The notes below the pieces were generated by a model. It saw nothing but the letters and a program-made list of their open reading frames with translations, was not told where the DNA came from and did no database searches. A program made the translations under genes and the position numbers. From positions 118,303-182,302 of the IMG/VR virus record IMGVR_UViG_3300024054_000269: DNA of 64,000 bases. The stretch is one strand, 5' to 3'. The DNA comes from a virus. Within the stretch, counting starts at the first letter, position 1. Every line of letters begins with the position of its first letter. Shown piece after piece: positions 9,502 through 18,849 of this stretch.

Positions 9502-9994
9502 TAGCATCTGTAGTTGTGTCCAAAGTTCCGCCATAATAACCGTTGTTGGCTCTTTCTATGACAATCTCAACTTTTTCATTAACTAATTTTGTTAAGTCAA
9601 TATCAAGAACGTATGCTAAAACATATGAATATATTATGATGTCTGGTAACTCTTTACGAATACCATCTAGTATTCTTGACCTATCGTAACCATTACGCAA
9701 ACTTCGGACTATATTATTGGCCATTTCCCCCGACTCGGCATTTATGGCTAATGTGTAATATACAGACGGATCGTTACCGTAAGCAGCCTTTTCATCCATA
9801 TTTTTTACAGCGCATATAGCTTTATGGCTCCTTATGATCGAACTTAAAATTGGTTCTTGAGCTGAGTCAAGAGACGCAATTAAATTCTGTTTTCTTAATT
9901 TGAGTTTTTCTTTGATCGTATCTGTGATTTCCTCATTTATTATTAGGTCAATCTCATTAACACGAGCCTTGATTGTGTTCTGGTCTTCTATCAT
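9494..9994 (-). CDS. MazG-like NTP pyrophosphohydrolase
   Basis: LAINAESGEMAN...RKELPDIIIYSYVLAYVLDIDL (ExxE...ExxD pattern). Confidence 0.7.
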   Translation of the reverse strand: MIEDQNTIKARVNEIDLIINEEITDTIKEKLKLRKQNLIASLDSAQEPILSSIIRSHKAICAVKNMDEKAAYGNDPSVYYTLAINAESGEMANNIVRSLRNGYDRSRILDGIRKELPDIIIYSYVLAYVLDIDLTKLVNEKVEIVIERANNGYYGGTLDTTTDAIK

Positions 9995-10728
9995 TTTGAT
10001 CTTTCGCGAGTTAATGACGATGAATAATAGTTTGACATTTCTGATGCGGACGATGCCATGTCATAGTATAAATCACTAAGTTCATTTGCGTGTTCAATTT
10101 CTTGCTTTGATTGTTTTTTTGCCATTTTGACTAAATCTTCAATCATCATTTGGAAATTTGACTTAATTTCCCTATTTCCTCTTAGCCACTCTCTTCTCAT
10201 AAATTGATATAAACACAAAAAATCAGCTGCTTTAACTATTGCATTTACATAATTATTGTTCATTTCAGAAAGATTGTAAGACAATTTAACCAAATTTTTA
10301 ATTGGCTGTTCAATTCGTTTTTCAAATTCTGTTTCTTCTGCTTTGTCTATGGCGTTTTTTAATTCTTCACTACTATGCTTAAACGTTCTTACAAAATCAC
10401 CGCTTATACTTTCCCCAACATCATGCATTAGAGCCTTTAATATTATTGCACCAAGCAATTTGTCCGAATCTTCTTTTTTATAAATTTCAGTATGTATTAG
10501 AGCTGAATAAAGTGCTGCCCAAAAACAGTGCGAAGAAACATTTTCAGGAACAAGTATTGGTATACTACTAAATCTCCATACATAATCTAATCTACGTATT
10601 TCACCGGAAGCAGCATCTAAAATTTGTCCCCAATCTTTTCTCACCATTAATTTTACACACAAACTATGTGTCGTCCACCTTGATTTGGTAGGCTTTAGCT
10701 GAAACTCCTTGATTAGCAAATTTGTCAA
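9991..10728 (-). CDS. HD-domain 5'-deoxynucleotidase, YfbR-like
   Basis: ENVSSH, ALMHDVGESISGD, VKAADFLC...GNRE match the YfbR motifs. Confidence 0.85.
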   Translation of the reverse strand: MTNLLIKEFQLKPTKSRWTTHSLCVKLMVRKDWGQILDAASGEIRRLDYVWRFSSIPILVPENVSSHCFWAALYSALIHTEIYKKEDSDKLLGAIILKALMHDVGESISGDFVRTFKHSSEELKNAIDKAEETEFEKRIEQPIKNLVKLSYNLSEMNNNYVNAIVKAADFLCLYQFMRREWLRGNREIKSNFQMMIEDLVKMAKKQSKQEIEHANELSDLYYDMASSASEMSNYYSSSLTRERSK

Positions 10729-10904
10729 TCATGTTTTTCATTTGAGATGGGGTAGCAACCATATGTTTTATTACGGTTTCACCCTCATCATCAATATATT
10801 CTAAAGACCAAAAACATACCAACGGTTTCTGTCCGGTCTTTTTGATCTGATTCATTTCAAATAAACCCTACGTAAATTCTAAAAAATGTTATGTAATTAA
10901 CTAT

Positions 10905-11438
10905 ATGGAAAATAGACCTAAAATTCTTGATGACAAACACCCATCGTTCGGTTGTAAAACCGCAATGTTTCTATTCAATAACAACGGAAATCTTATAATT
11001 GTTGAAGCCTCAAACCCGTGGCAGGTCCAGGTAATTGAGAGGCTCTTACTAGACGGTCAAGTTAGCCCTGGGTGTGAGGTTGTGGCCGTTTTCAGGAATT
11101 GCTCCGACGCTGGTTTAAGGTCGGATAGTATCACTAACATCAATTATGTTGATTTTGTTGTTGACAAGGTTCAGCCTGGCAAATTTCTGGTGGATTCAGT
11201 TATGGCGTATTCACTTCGCTGTTCAATGAGTGATGCTGAATGCAAAGTTGCTAGCCAGAAACTCAAGAAATACATTGATAAGCAAAATGTCGTACAGGAA
11301 AAGCTTGAATCCAGTTTGGTAAATCTTGGATTCAAGAAATCGAAAGTCAGTAAGTGGGTAAATTCACTACCAAATGATTATCTAAATTCTACTGAATTTG
11401 AAAAGTTGTTCAAGGATGGGGTCCAGGCTTGTAGCTGA
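10905..11438 (+). CDS. Novel protein with C-terminal RuvA domain III-like module
   Basis: C-terminus LESSLVNLGFKKSKVSKWVNSL...EFEKLFKDGV resembles RuvA domain III (aL.aLGy...ea.kav...e.li..aL); N-terminus is not an OB fold. Confidence 0.5.
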   Translation: MENRPKILDDKHPSFGCKTAMFLFNNNGNLIIVEASNPWQVQVIERLLLDGQVSPGCEVVAVFRNCSDAGLRSDSITNINYVDFVVDKVQPGKFLVDSVMAYSLRCSMSDAECKVASQKLKKYIDKQNVVQEKLESSLVNLGFKKSKVSKWVNSLPNDYLNSTEFEKLFKDGVQACS

Positions 11439-11464
11439 ATATATTTTTAATTACTAATCTCAAT

Positions 11465-12127
11465 ATGAGTATAATTGATGAAGCCAAATCAAATTGGGAA
11501 CAGCTATTAAGCGAGTTGCCAACTGACATACCGATTTGGCGCTTAGAACGGGCATTAAGAGATATATCAAATATTAGGGCTGATTTTACATCATATATTT
11601 ATGAGTATGACCAAATCGACCCCAAAAAAATAACAGAAAAAGCCATTAGAATTCAGTTGAAACCTGGACCAGACGATGTATTAGTTAATGTTGGTGAGAA
11701 GGGCGTTGGTGGCACATATTACCTCTTTGAAAAGATGAATTTAGATGATGTTGTAACATCAATTAGTGAAAATATAGTTAAAGAGGTTGCTTTGGCATTC
11801 GACAAAAATAAATTATCAACAAAATTAAAAGAAATAGCTAACAGGCTAGAATTAATGGTTAAACCTAGTAGATTAGCAGTTGCAAATGAATTAGAGGACC
11901 TTTATATAGAGTTTGTTAGACCAGATGAAGAAATGGCTGCTAAAAAAGTTGCTAAGTCCTTAAGGGCTATGCACAATAACTTCTCAGACGTGGAATCGGT
12001 TGCGCGTAAAATTCAAGTAGACTTGGAAGACGGCGATGCTTCGAATGTCGAATCAACCATTGATGATATAAGATACAATCTCAAGTCGGCTTTTAAAAAT
12101 TATAGTAATTATTTAAACCCAAGATAG
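11465..12127 (+). CDS. Hypothetical protein with internal EIANRL motif
   Basis: 220 aa; KLKEIANRLE...PSRLAVANEL. Confidence 0.65.
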   Translation: MSIIDEAKSNWEQLLSELPTDIPIWRLERALRDISNIRADFTSYIYEYDQIDPKKITEKAIRIQLKPGPDDVLVNVGEKGVGGTYYLFEKMNLDDVVTSISENIVKEVALAFDKNKLSTKLKEIANRLELMVKPSRLAVANELEDLYIEFVRPDEEMAAKKVAKSLRAMHNNFSDVESVARKIQVDLEDGDASNVESTIDDIRYNLKSAFKNYSNYLNPR

Positions 12128-12162
12128 CCGTAAATTGGACAGGCGATCTTTTATTAAATTTT

Positions 12163-12453
12163 ATGAAAAGAATTCACGAAACCAACGACATTGAAGTCTT
12201 TGAGTCTGATGACCTAAACGACAGGATAAAACTTCTTGAAAGTCTTGTTTCTATATCAGATTGCGAGAATCCGCAGGTTGTTTTTAATACTCTGAACGTC
12301 CGGACAGTTGAACCGGAACCGGTCAAACCTCCGGAAACTAACGTTATGAAGGTTGTTGTGACAAATTTCGTTAGTTCATTCATCCTGTCTTTTCTACTCG
12401 TGATGGTAGCGTTCATAGCAATCATTGTAGTTGCACACATGGGATGGTATTAA
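12163..12453 (+). CDS. Hypothetical membrane protein
   Basis: C-terminal hydrophobic helix. Confidence 0.55.
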   Translation: MKRIHETNDIEVFESDDLNDRIKLLESLVSISDCENPQVVFNTLNVRTVEPEPVKPPETNVMKVVVTNFVSSFILSFLLVMVAFIAIIVVAHMGWY

Positions 12454-12848
12454 TAGGTTTTGGTCCGCCACAAGATAAAACACCAATATACCCGCTTGCT
12501 ATATTGGTATTTGTTGAAAATAAATATAAAATATTAAGAAATGGATTATCAGAATTATTTGTATCTGAGTCTGAACTTGATGACTTAATACTTTTAAACA
12601 AAATACAAAAGTTACCTAAACCAATTCAATATGAACCAAATAAATGGCCAGTAATTGAAGACAACCGTGTTGATTGGATAAATGTTGATGATGTTGATTT
12701 TAAAAGATCAGAGCGATCTAAATCTATGTTAGAAGAGGGGCAGTCTTTGTTGAAAACAAACCCAATAAAAGCGATAGATTTGATATCCAGATCTGCGTTA
12801 ATAATCGGTGTTGATATCAAGTCTATATATTTAAATTCTGATGAATAA
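12444..12848 (+). CDS. Hypothetical protein
   Basis: 134-aa ORF. Confidence 0.55.
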   Translation: MVLIGFGPPQDKTPIYPLAILVFVENKYKILRNGLSELFVSESELDDLILLNKIQKLPKPIQYEPNKWPVIEDNRVDWINVDDVDFKRSERSKSMLEEGQSLLKTNPIKAIDLISRSALIIGVDIKSIYLNSDE

Positions 12849-13073
12849 ATATACTATTTGGACTAATAGTCCGATAATAGACAAAGACCCGGAAAATATT
12901 GTAAAAACGCGTTTTGTTTCTAATTTAATATCACCAGCATTAACAAACCCACCAACAAAGCAGCACGTTTGAGTGAGTGTGAACAGTATTAATGTAGTCG
13001 GTTTTGAGGAGTCAATATTTACTATAATCCCTGATATGATTGATATCCAAATAAACACCAATAAGTTTGTCAT
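12831..13073 (-). CDS. Hypothetical membrane protein
   Basis: Three hydrophobic segments in 80 aa. Confidence 0.5.
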   Translation of the reverse strand: MTNLLVFIWISIISGIIVNIDSSKPTTLILFTLTQTCCFVGGFVNAGDIKLETKRVFTIFSGSLSIIGLLVQIVYLFIRI

Positions 13074-13285
13074 TCAGGTTTTCCGAACATTTCAATAAAT
13101 CTTAGTCTATCAACCGGTTCTACTCTGTCAAAACATAACTTCTTAAATTCGGGGTCTCTTTTAACTCGACCAAAAATTCTAGCTTTTTTCCTACCAAGAG
13201 AATTCAAACAAATTTCACAAATATCACCATCAAGTTTTTTCATTTGGTCACAATGATAACATTTTCCGATTTTTATCACAGTCAT
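13070..13285 (-). CDS. Hypothetical zinc-binding protein
   Basis: CYHC...CEIC. Confidence 0.55.
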   Translation of the reverse strand: MTVIKIGKCYHCDQMKKLDGDICEICLNSLGRKKARIFGRVKRDPEFKKLCFDRVEPVDRLRFIEMFGKPE

Positions 13286-13324
13286 ACTCTATATATATAA
13301 ATCGCTAATCAAAATTTACGTTAG

Positions 13325-13864
13325 ATGTCAAAGTACAAAATTATTTCGTACAAAATTGCCTTCGATTCGCCCAGGGGTCTACTTGATCAAACAACAAGTG
13401 ATCTGTGGTGTGATCCGGTTAGAGAGGGCGAATTTTCAGCACCAACAGGTCAGGTGATAGCAACTCTTCAGAAATATTTGTCTTTAAAATACGCAATAGA
13501 TATAGCATATAGAAATTTTTCAGATAGAATAACTGGACCATGGAGAGACGCAACAGTTAAGCATTGGTATGAACATGCTGAAGATGAAAGAAAGCATCAA
13601 TATAGTATAGCTATGAAGTTGGTCGCTCTTGGTAGTGACCCAGTTCCATCAGTTTATCAAATACCAAATTCCGGTCCAAATTTGGAGGTTATGTTCCAAT
13701 CATTAATGGATTTGGAATTAGAAGCAATCTCAATAGGAAGAGAACTTGTTGATTGTTCTGGGTCGAAAGTTGGATTCAGAGTCCTGATTGAAAACATGGT
13801 TCAAGATGACGGTCACCATCTAGACGATCTACGACGCATGTTTACAAAGGTTTCACAAATATGA
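13325..13864 (+). CDS. Ferritin/bacterioferritin-like di-iron protein
   Basis: HAEDERKH and DLELEA...ENMVQDDGHH four-helix-bundle ligand pattern. Confidence 0.8.
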   Translation: MSKYKIISYKIAFDSPRGLLDQTTSDLWCDPVREGEFSAPTGQVIATLQKYLSLKYAIDIAYRNFSDRITGPWRDATVKHWYEHAEDERKHQYSIAMKLVALGSDPVPSVYQIPNSGPNLEVMFQSLMDLELEAISIGRELVDCSGSKVGFRVLIENMVQDDGHHLDDLRRMFTKVSQI

Positions 13865-14415
13865 ATCAAATAATAACATTGAACAAAACAATAATAGAAA
13901 TTGGAAAAGAATTCCAAAAGTTTGAAATTATCAAGAAAGATTCAAGCAAATTGATGAAGGCCATTAATTTATTTTTAGTTATAATGTCGTTCGGGACGAA
14001 TCGGAACTTTATGAAGAATTTTGTTACAACAATTGGTCAAAAAGTTTATGTACCAAATGGGTGGGACAAATGGGTTGATGAAGCAAAGATAGGTGTGCTA
14101 CGACACGAACGCGTACATATGAGACAATCAAAGAGATTAACTCCAATACTATATTCAATAATTTATTTATTCCTGCCAGTTCCATTTTTCTTTGCATACG
14201 GAAGGGCAAAACTTGAATGGGAAGCCTACACAGAATCAATAAAAACCCGTGCCGAACTTTGTGGCATAGACAGCGCTAGAGACAAAGAATACAGGGATAA
14301 ACTGATAAAAAATTTTACTGGGCCATCATACCTGTTCATGTTTCCATTCAAGAAAACTCTAAATAAATGGTACGACAAAGTTTTGAGCGAGATAGAGGCT
14401 GGAGATAAAAAATGA
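13861..14415 (+). CDS. Putative HEXXH zinc metallopeptidase with membrane segment
   Basis: VLRHERVHMRQ, then hydrophobic YSIIYLFLPVPFFFAY and LEWEAY. Confidence 0.65.
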   Translation: MNQIITLNKTIIEIGKEFQKFEIIKKDSSKLMKAINLFLVIMSFGTNRNFMKNFVTTIGQKVYVPNGWDKWVDEAKIGVLRHERVHMRQSKRLTPILYSIIYLFLPVPFFFAYGRAKLEWEAYTESIKTRAELCGIDSARDKEYRDKLIKNFTGPSYLFMFPFKKTLNKWYDKVLSEIEAGDKK

Positions 14416-14990
14416 AGAACATAATAAAGGTGTTGATGATAGTTCTGTTTGGACTTTTGGTAATACCAACTATTCAAATACCAATTGCTAAAGCTCAAAC
14501 AACTCAGTGTGAAGGACCAGCTGAACTTTGTTCAAAAATAAACGATTTACAAGACAAATTACACAAATTAGAACAATCTGGCACATCACAAGAAAAAAAG
14601 AGTGGTAGTAAAGATATAACCAAAGCAATAGCAATCGCAGCTGCAATCGCCGCTGCATTAAAATTACTATTGTCGTCTCTTAAACAGTGGGCCGGTTTCT
14701 TTAAAACTGACAAGCAAAAGGCGGCTTTAAAAGTTACTACTTTGTTTGTTGGGTTAGGTGCTTTCATGGCAACAAACATAGGATTCGGTATGCCATGGTG
14801 GGAAGCTTTAATAGTTGCAGGCGGTGGACCTGGCTCGATGTTGATTCATGATTTAACAAAATTAATAGAAGTATTTAAAGGGGAGAAAAAATATGACGAT
14901 GTAAAGAAAGATCTTGAATCCGATTTAGATAAAAGTTCAGAATCTGTAAAAGACCAATCAAAAGATGCTGAGGACAAACCTAACGGTTAA
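14412..14990 (+). CDS. Membrane protein (signal peptide, coiled coil, TM helices); possibly holin-like
   Basis: N-terminal hydrophobic leader, CEGPAELC, three hydrophobic segments, acidic tail. Confidence 0.5.
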   Translation: MKNIIKVLMIVLFGLLVIPTIQIPIAKAQTTQCEGPAELCSKINDLQDKLHKLEQSGTSQEKKSGSKDITKAIAIAAAIAAALKLLLSSLKQWAGFFKTDKQKAALKVTTLFVGLGAFMATNIGFGMPWWEALIVAGGGPGSMLIHDLTKLIEVFKGEKKYDDVKKDLESDLDKSSESVKDQSKDAEDKPNG

Positions 14991-14992
14991 AA

Positions 14993-15208
14993 TTAGCCGT
15001 TCACAACTTGTTCAGTAAGACTCTCGTTGCATCCAATAGATGATGTTATCTCTCTATCTGGATCCCAGGCTTGTATGTAACCTTGCAGCCCACATTTTTT
15101 GCACACGTAATTAAATCGCCTTTGTGTTTCTACCCATTCGTGACTATCGTTTTGTTCGTATTTCAACGGGTGTGCTTTGTGCAAATTCTTTAATGGGTGT
15201 ATGGCCAT
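14993..15208 (-). CDS. HxW/CxxC zinc-ribbon protein with C-terminal tag
   Basis: HEW..CKKCG..CNESLTEQVVNG*; SD GGAGG. Confidence 0.65.
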   Translation of the reverse strand: MAIHPLKNLHKAHPLKYEQNDSHEWVETQRRFNYVCKKCGLQGYIQAWDPDREITSSIGCNESLTEQVVNG

Positions 15209-15251
15209 TAAATACCTCCAAATATACTACTAATTAAAAATACAATTGAAA

Positions 15252-16301
15252 TTACATTAAGTTAAATAATTTAATGTTTTTCTTCAACTTTTGTTTGGCA
15301 GAAACCTCTAATTGTCTTATTCGTTCTCTTGATAAAGACTTTTCGTCTCCTATTTCCTTAAGAGTTTTTTCTTGGTTTCCATCAAGACCAAATCTACATC
15401 TAATTATGTATGCTTCGAATGGTGTAAGCTTGTTTAAAGCATTTCTTATTTCATCCTTTACCTTATCAACGTCAAGATCATCAAACGTGCTTGGATCAGA
15501 TTCGTAAGTCAGGGTGTCTAACATTGTCAAATCATTATCATTTTTGACTTGTGCATTAAGACTAAACATTAAGTATTCTCTATAGCCATCAGTCCGTTTG
15601 ACAATTTCATTTGGTATTCCAGTTTCGTATGATATTTCTTCGTCAGTTGGTTTTCTGCCAAGTTTTGTTGTTAATTTCAAACTAGCTCTATTCACTCTAG
15701 CAATATTATCAAACATATGAACCGGAAATCTGACCAACCTTGATTTGTCAGATAAATATCTTTTAACACCGTGTCTTATCCACCAAGTCGCATAAGTTGA
15801 AAATCTACATCCCATAGAAACATCGAATCTTTCGATAGCTCGCATAAGACCTAAATTACCTTCTTGTACCAAATCGGATTTATCACCAAAATGTTTTATT
15901 TTTCTGACAATTGATATAACGAGCCTCAAATTTTGGTTAAAAAATTGTTTACGTTTATCAGCTATTATTTTAGCATCTCTTTTTAAAATCCTTTTCCAAT
16001 TTTTCTTACCATTCCAGTTTGGCAAATCAGAAAGATCAGCGTTTGTTAACTCAAACAACCAACACCTACCGCTATCAGTAAATCTAATCATTTTCTCCAA
16101 GTTTTCAAACTCAAAATCATCAATGCGTTCAGAAAGTTGTTTGGTGAATTTATTTTTCATCGGGCTAGAAAATATATGATTAATCAATGATTTTTCTAAA
16201 TAATCAATTTCTGTTAATATTGTTTTTTCTTCTTCAGTTGATAACAACTTATGTTTTGATACATCAATGCAATAATAATCAAATGAATTTTTCTGTCTCA
16301 T
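15252..16301 (-). CDS. RNA polymerase sigma-70 factor, RpoD/SigA-like
   Basis: NLRLVISI, DLVQEGNLGLMRAIERFD, RFSTYATWWIR, region 4 TLKEIGDEKSLSRERIRQLE. Start moved to ATG 16301 because an upstream small ORF ends in an ATGA overlap there. Confidence 0.95.
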   Translation of the reverse strand: MRQKNSFDYYCIDVSKHKLLSTEEEKTILTEIDYLEKSLINHIFSSPMKNKFTKQLSERIDDFEFENLEKMIRFTDSGRCWLFELTNADLSDLPNWNGKKNWKRILKRDAKIIADKRKQFFNQNLRLVISIVRKIKHFGDKSDLVQEGNLGLMRAIERFDVSMGCRFSTYATWWIRHGVKRYLSDKSRLVRFPVHMFDNIARVNRASLKLTTKLGRKPTDEEISYETGIPNEIVKRTDGYREYLMFSLNAQVKNDNDLTMLDTLTYESDPSTFDDLDVDKVKDEIRNALNKLTPFEAYIIRCRFGLDGNQEKTLKEIGDEKSLSRERIRQLEVSAKQKLKKNIKLFNLM

Positions 16302-16435
16302 TTGATTATTAACCAAATTACATAGAATGATATCAAAATCGATATTACAACTGAAGATGATAAATCTTTTTCAGTCTGTTTTTTGAGCGCTAAGTTTGCT
16401 TCAAACAAAGCCGATTGTTTTTTCTTGTCTAACAT
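16298..16435 (-). CDS. Small membrane-anchored protein (45 aa, not in track)
   Basis: MLDKKKQSALFEANLALKKQTEKDLSSSVVISILISFYVIWLIIK*, ATGA-coupled to sigma. Confidence 0.5.
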   Translation of the reverse strand: MLDKKKQSALFEANLALKKQTEKDLSSSVVISILISFYVIWLIIK

Positions 16436-16454
16436 AAGCTATATGTAAAATAAT

Positions 16455-17066
16455 TTACAAAATATTTATTAATTTTTGCTTCGATGACGACAAATCATTA
16501 ATGAAATCAATTTTAGCTTTTGGATTCCTTAATATGTAAGCTGGATGAAAAGTTGGCATTACTGGTATATTTGCGTACAATTGCAACTTACCACGCAGTG
16601 AAGTTATTCCGCCCGATATTCCAGTTAGACCTTGTACGGCAGTTGAACCTAAAGCAACTATAATTTTTGGTGACAACAATTCTATTTGTTGCTTTAAATA
16701 AGGCATGCAGGACAAAATTTCGTCTATTTCAGGCTGTCTGTTATTAGGAGGTCTGCATTTAACGATATTTACTATCACAATCTCATCTTGATTAATATTG
16801 CATTCTTGCAAAGACGCATCTAATAATTTTCCGGCACGACCAACAAATGGTTTCCCAACTGAATCTTCGTCAGCTCCGGGAGCTTCACCAACTAACATAA
16901 ATTTAGCATCAATTGATCCTCTATAAAATACAATTTTGTTTCTGTTTTTATGTAACTGACATTTTGTGCAATTTTTAACTGATTCTTCGATTTTCAAAAA
17001 ATTAAATAATTTGTTTTCCACAAACGAATCTTCGAAAAAATCAATGTTTGTTTTAGATTCAATCAC
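16455..17066 (-). CDS. Uracil-DNA glycosylase family 4 (4Fe-4S)
   Basis: CTKCQL, GEAPG, GKPFVGRAG, NIVKCRPPNNR, FHPAYILRNP. Confidence 0.95.
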   Translation of the reverse strand: MIESKTNIDFFEDSFVENKLFNFLKIEESVKNCTKCQLHKNRNKIVFYRGSIDAKFMLVGEAPGADEDSVGKPFVGRAGKLLDASLQECNINQDEIVIVNIVKCRPPNNRQPEIDEILSCMPYLKQQIELLSPKIIVALGSTAVQGLTGISGGITSLRGKLQLYANIPVMPTFHPAYILRNPKAKIDFINDLSSSKQKLINIL

Positions 17067-17079
17067 ATACGACTTTACA
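17067..17079 (-). promoter_or_regulatory. TG-TANNNT leaderless-type promoter
   Basis: Minus strand TG TAAAGT CGTAT GTG. Confidence 0.6.
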
Positions 17080-17527
17080 GTTGCTGTCTTTTCTGTAAGA
17101 TGGAACCAACTAATTTAATAAAATCCACAAAATCTGGATTACACAAAGCAATCGGGCTTCTGTTTTCTCTGATAGTCAAAATAGCTTGTTCAGGTGTCAT
17201 ATTTCTAAACAACATTATGGATAACGCAACAATCAACCCCGATCTGTTCAGGCCTTGATAACATGTGATTAAAACTCTTTTTCCGTCTTTGAGTTTATTT
17301 ACAATTCCAGACGCAAGTTTAATAGCTTTTCTCATTTGTTCTTTAGTAAGTAAGTTTAACCCATCATCATATAATTCTATTCTTTCAACTTCCAAACCTG
17401 GAAAATCCGTCGGTTGGTATTCAACAGCACACAAAACCAAACAGTCAAAATCAACACATAATTCATCACCCTCCGGAGGTGCGCTTCCCATCCAGAGGTT
17501 ATCAATTATTCTATTTGCGCCCATCAA
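17075..17527 (-). CDS. Dual-specificity/tyrosine protein phosphatase
   Basis: LWMGSAP, VLITCYQGLNRSG (CX5R), NPDF. Confidence 0.8.
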   Translation of the reverse strand: MMGANRIIDNLWMGSAPPEGDELCVDFDCLVLCAVEYQPTDFPGLEVERIELYDDGLNLLTKEQMRKAIKLASGIVNKLKDGKRVLITCYQGLNRSGLIVALSIMLFRNMTPEQAILTIRENRSPIALCNPDFVDFIKLVGSILQKRQQL

Positions 17528-17552
17528 GCAAACTGAATCAATTAAATTCTAA

Positions 17553-18248
17553 TTAGGCGGCCTTTTTAACATTTTTGGGGCGCATTTTCCTAATGTTCTT
17601 TCCACCAACAACCCGGAGCTTGCGCTTTGGGTTCTGTTTGTCCCATTGATTAAAAACCCTGGCTACAACATCGCCGTTATCAATGTCACCGAAAATTTCT
17701 TTTGCCTTTAATATAATTTCTTTGACATCATCAAATTGAGATTTTGTCATTAACACAGAAAAATGTTTGGTCTTTTTTCTGTTTCCAGTCAATTCAATTT
17801 CAATTTCATCTTCAAGTTGACAACAGCTAAGCTGACCAGCTTTTTTCAACCAAGATTTCAAATTTTGCTTCGTGACTATTCTAGACAGAGCCCTCATCTT
17901 AGTGATTGGAAGCAAATCATCTGGGTTAAACGAACCTTTAAGACTCACGCCAAATACATCATATACATTTCTGTAACTGTTGGCGGTGTGTACATGCATG
18001 TGAAGTTCACATTCAACGTAATTGAACCAACTGTCATGACCCCAAACTTTCCAAATCGGAATTGGTTTACCAGAAACCAAGACATCACTGTAATAAATTT
18101 CATATAAAATTTTTCCGAGTTCAAATGACGCTCTGGCGTTGGAATTTGATAACTCTTTGGCTTTCTCTCGCAATGAATCAGCTTTACCGCGATCCAATGT
18201 CCATTTTGTCCCTCTGTCGGTGTCTTTATCAAGATGCGTTTTAGCCAT
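17553..18248 (-). CDS. Hypothetical protein, possibly DNA-binding
   Basis: 231 aa, basic tail; TG TACGGT TTGTC ATG. Confidence 0.65.
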   Translation of the reverse strand: MAKTHLDKDTDRGTKWTLDRGKADSLREKAKELSNSNARASFELGKILYEIYYSDVLVSGKPIPIWKVWGHDSWFNYVECELHMHVHTANSYRNVYDVFGVSLKGSFNPDDLLPITKMRALSRIVTKQNLKSWLKKAGQLSCCQLEDEIEIELTGNRKKTKHFSVLMTKSQFDDVKEIILKAKEIFGDIDNGDVVARVFNQWDKQNPKRKLRVVGGKNIRKMRPKNVKKAA

Positions 18249-18287
18249 GACAAACCGTACATTTAAGTTTTTGTGTTTGTTTTATTT

Positions 18288-18575
18288 GTGATAAAAATTG
18301 CTTTAAAACTAGCATCAATATTTGAGTATGGAGTTATCTCGGCTTTTGTAGAAGGTGGTGATAACAACCTCCAAAGACACGATTTTTTGTGTAACGAATT
18401 AAAAGATCTTGGATACTCGCCAGTAAATATTACAGGTGAATGGGAAGGGCACAAAGAGCTGTCTGTTCTGGTGCCAAATATAAGTATGAATGACCTAATA
18501 ACTTTAGGTAAAAAGTATAATCAAGATGCAGTTGTTTATAGCTGCGAAAATAAACCGCAGATTATCAACCTCTGA
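18288..18575 (+). CDS. SAM lyase-like (T3 SAMase / DUF3293-like) protein
   Basis: GVISAF, N.QRH, TGEWEGHKELSVLV, LGKKYNQDAVVY parallel T3 SAMase VSAF, N..RH, TGCY..EEKTV, EQDCVLV. GTG at 18288 gives MIKIALKLAS. Confidence 0.6.
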   Translation: MIKIALKLASIFEYGVISAFVEGGDNNLQRHDFLCNELKDLGYSPVNITGEWEGHKELSVLVPNISMNDLITLGKKYNQDAVVYSCENKPQIINL

Positions 18576-18849
18576 GCTTCACAGCTTTTTTGCGTCCACC
18601 ACCAAAAACAGACGTTTTTTGTTCTTGACGAACTCTTTTCAATTGTTCTAATTCAGCTTGGCACGATGCCAAGATTGCATTTGTTCTGTGCAGTTGTTCT
18701 GATACTTTCATGACAGTTAAACCATCAAGATTTCTTTTGTTCTTTTTAAGAGATTTCAAATATGACTTGACTGTAACAATCAACCCATTTGTTAAATCAA
18801 TAAATTCGGCATCAACTATCGGATTTCCTCTTACGACTGATCTAGGCAT
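18565..18849 (-). CDS. Hypothetical coiled-coil protein
   Basis: 94-aa ORF. Confidence 0.55.
   Translation of the reverse strand: MPRSVVRGNPIVDAEFIDLTNGLIVTVKSYLKSLKKNKRNLDGLTVMKVSEQLHRTNAILASCQAELEQLKRVRQEQKTSVFGGGRKKAVKLRG

Noticed and set aside
9494-10728. Firm call of a 2-aminoadenine (Z-genome) system
   Set aside because: No purZ in the window and the HD protein matches YfbR motifs better than DatZ; kept only as a hypothesis.
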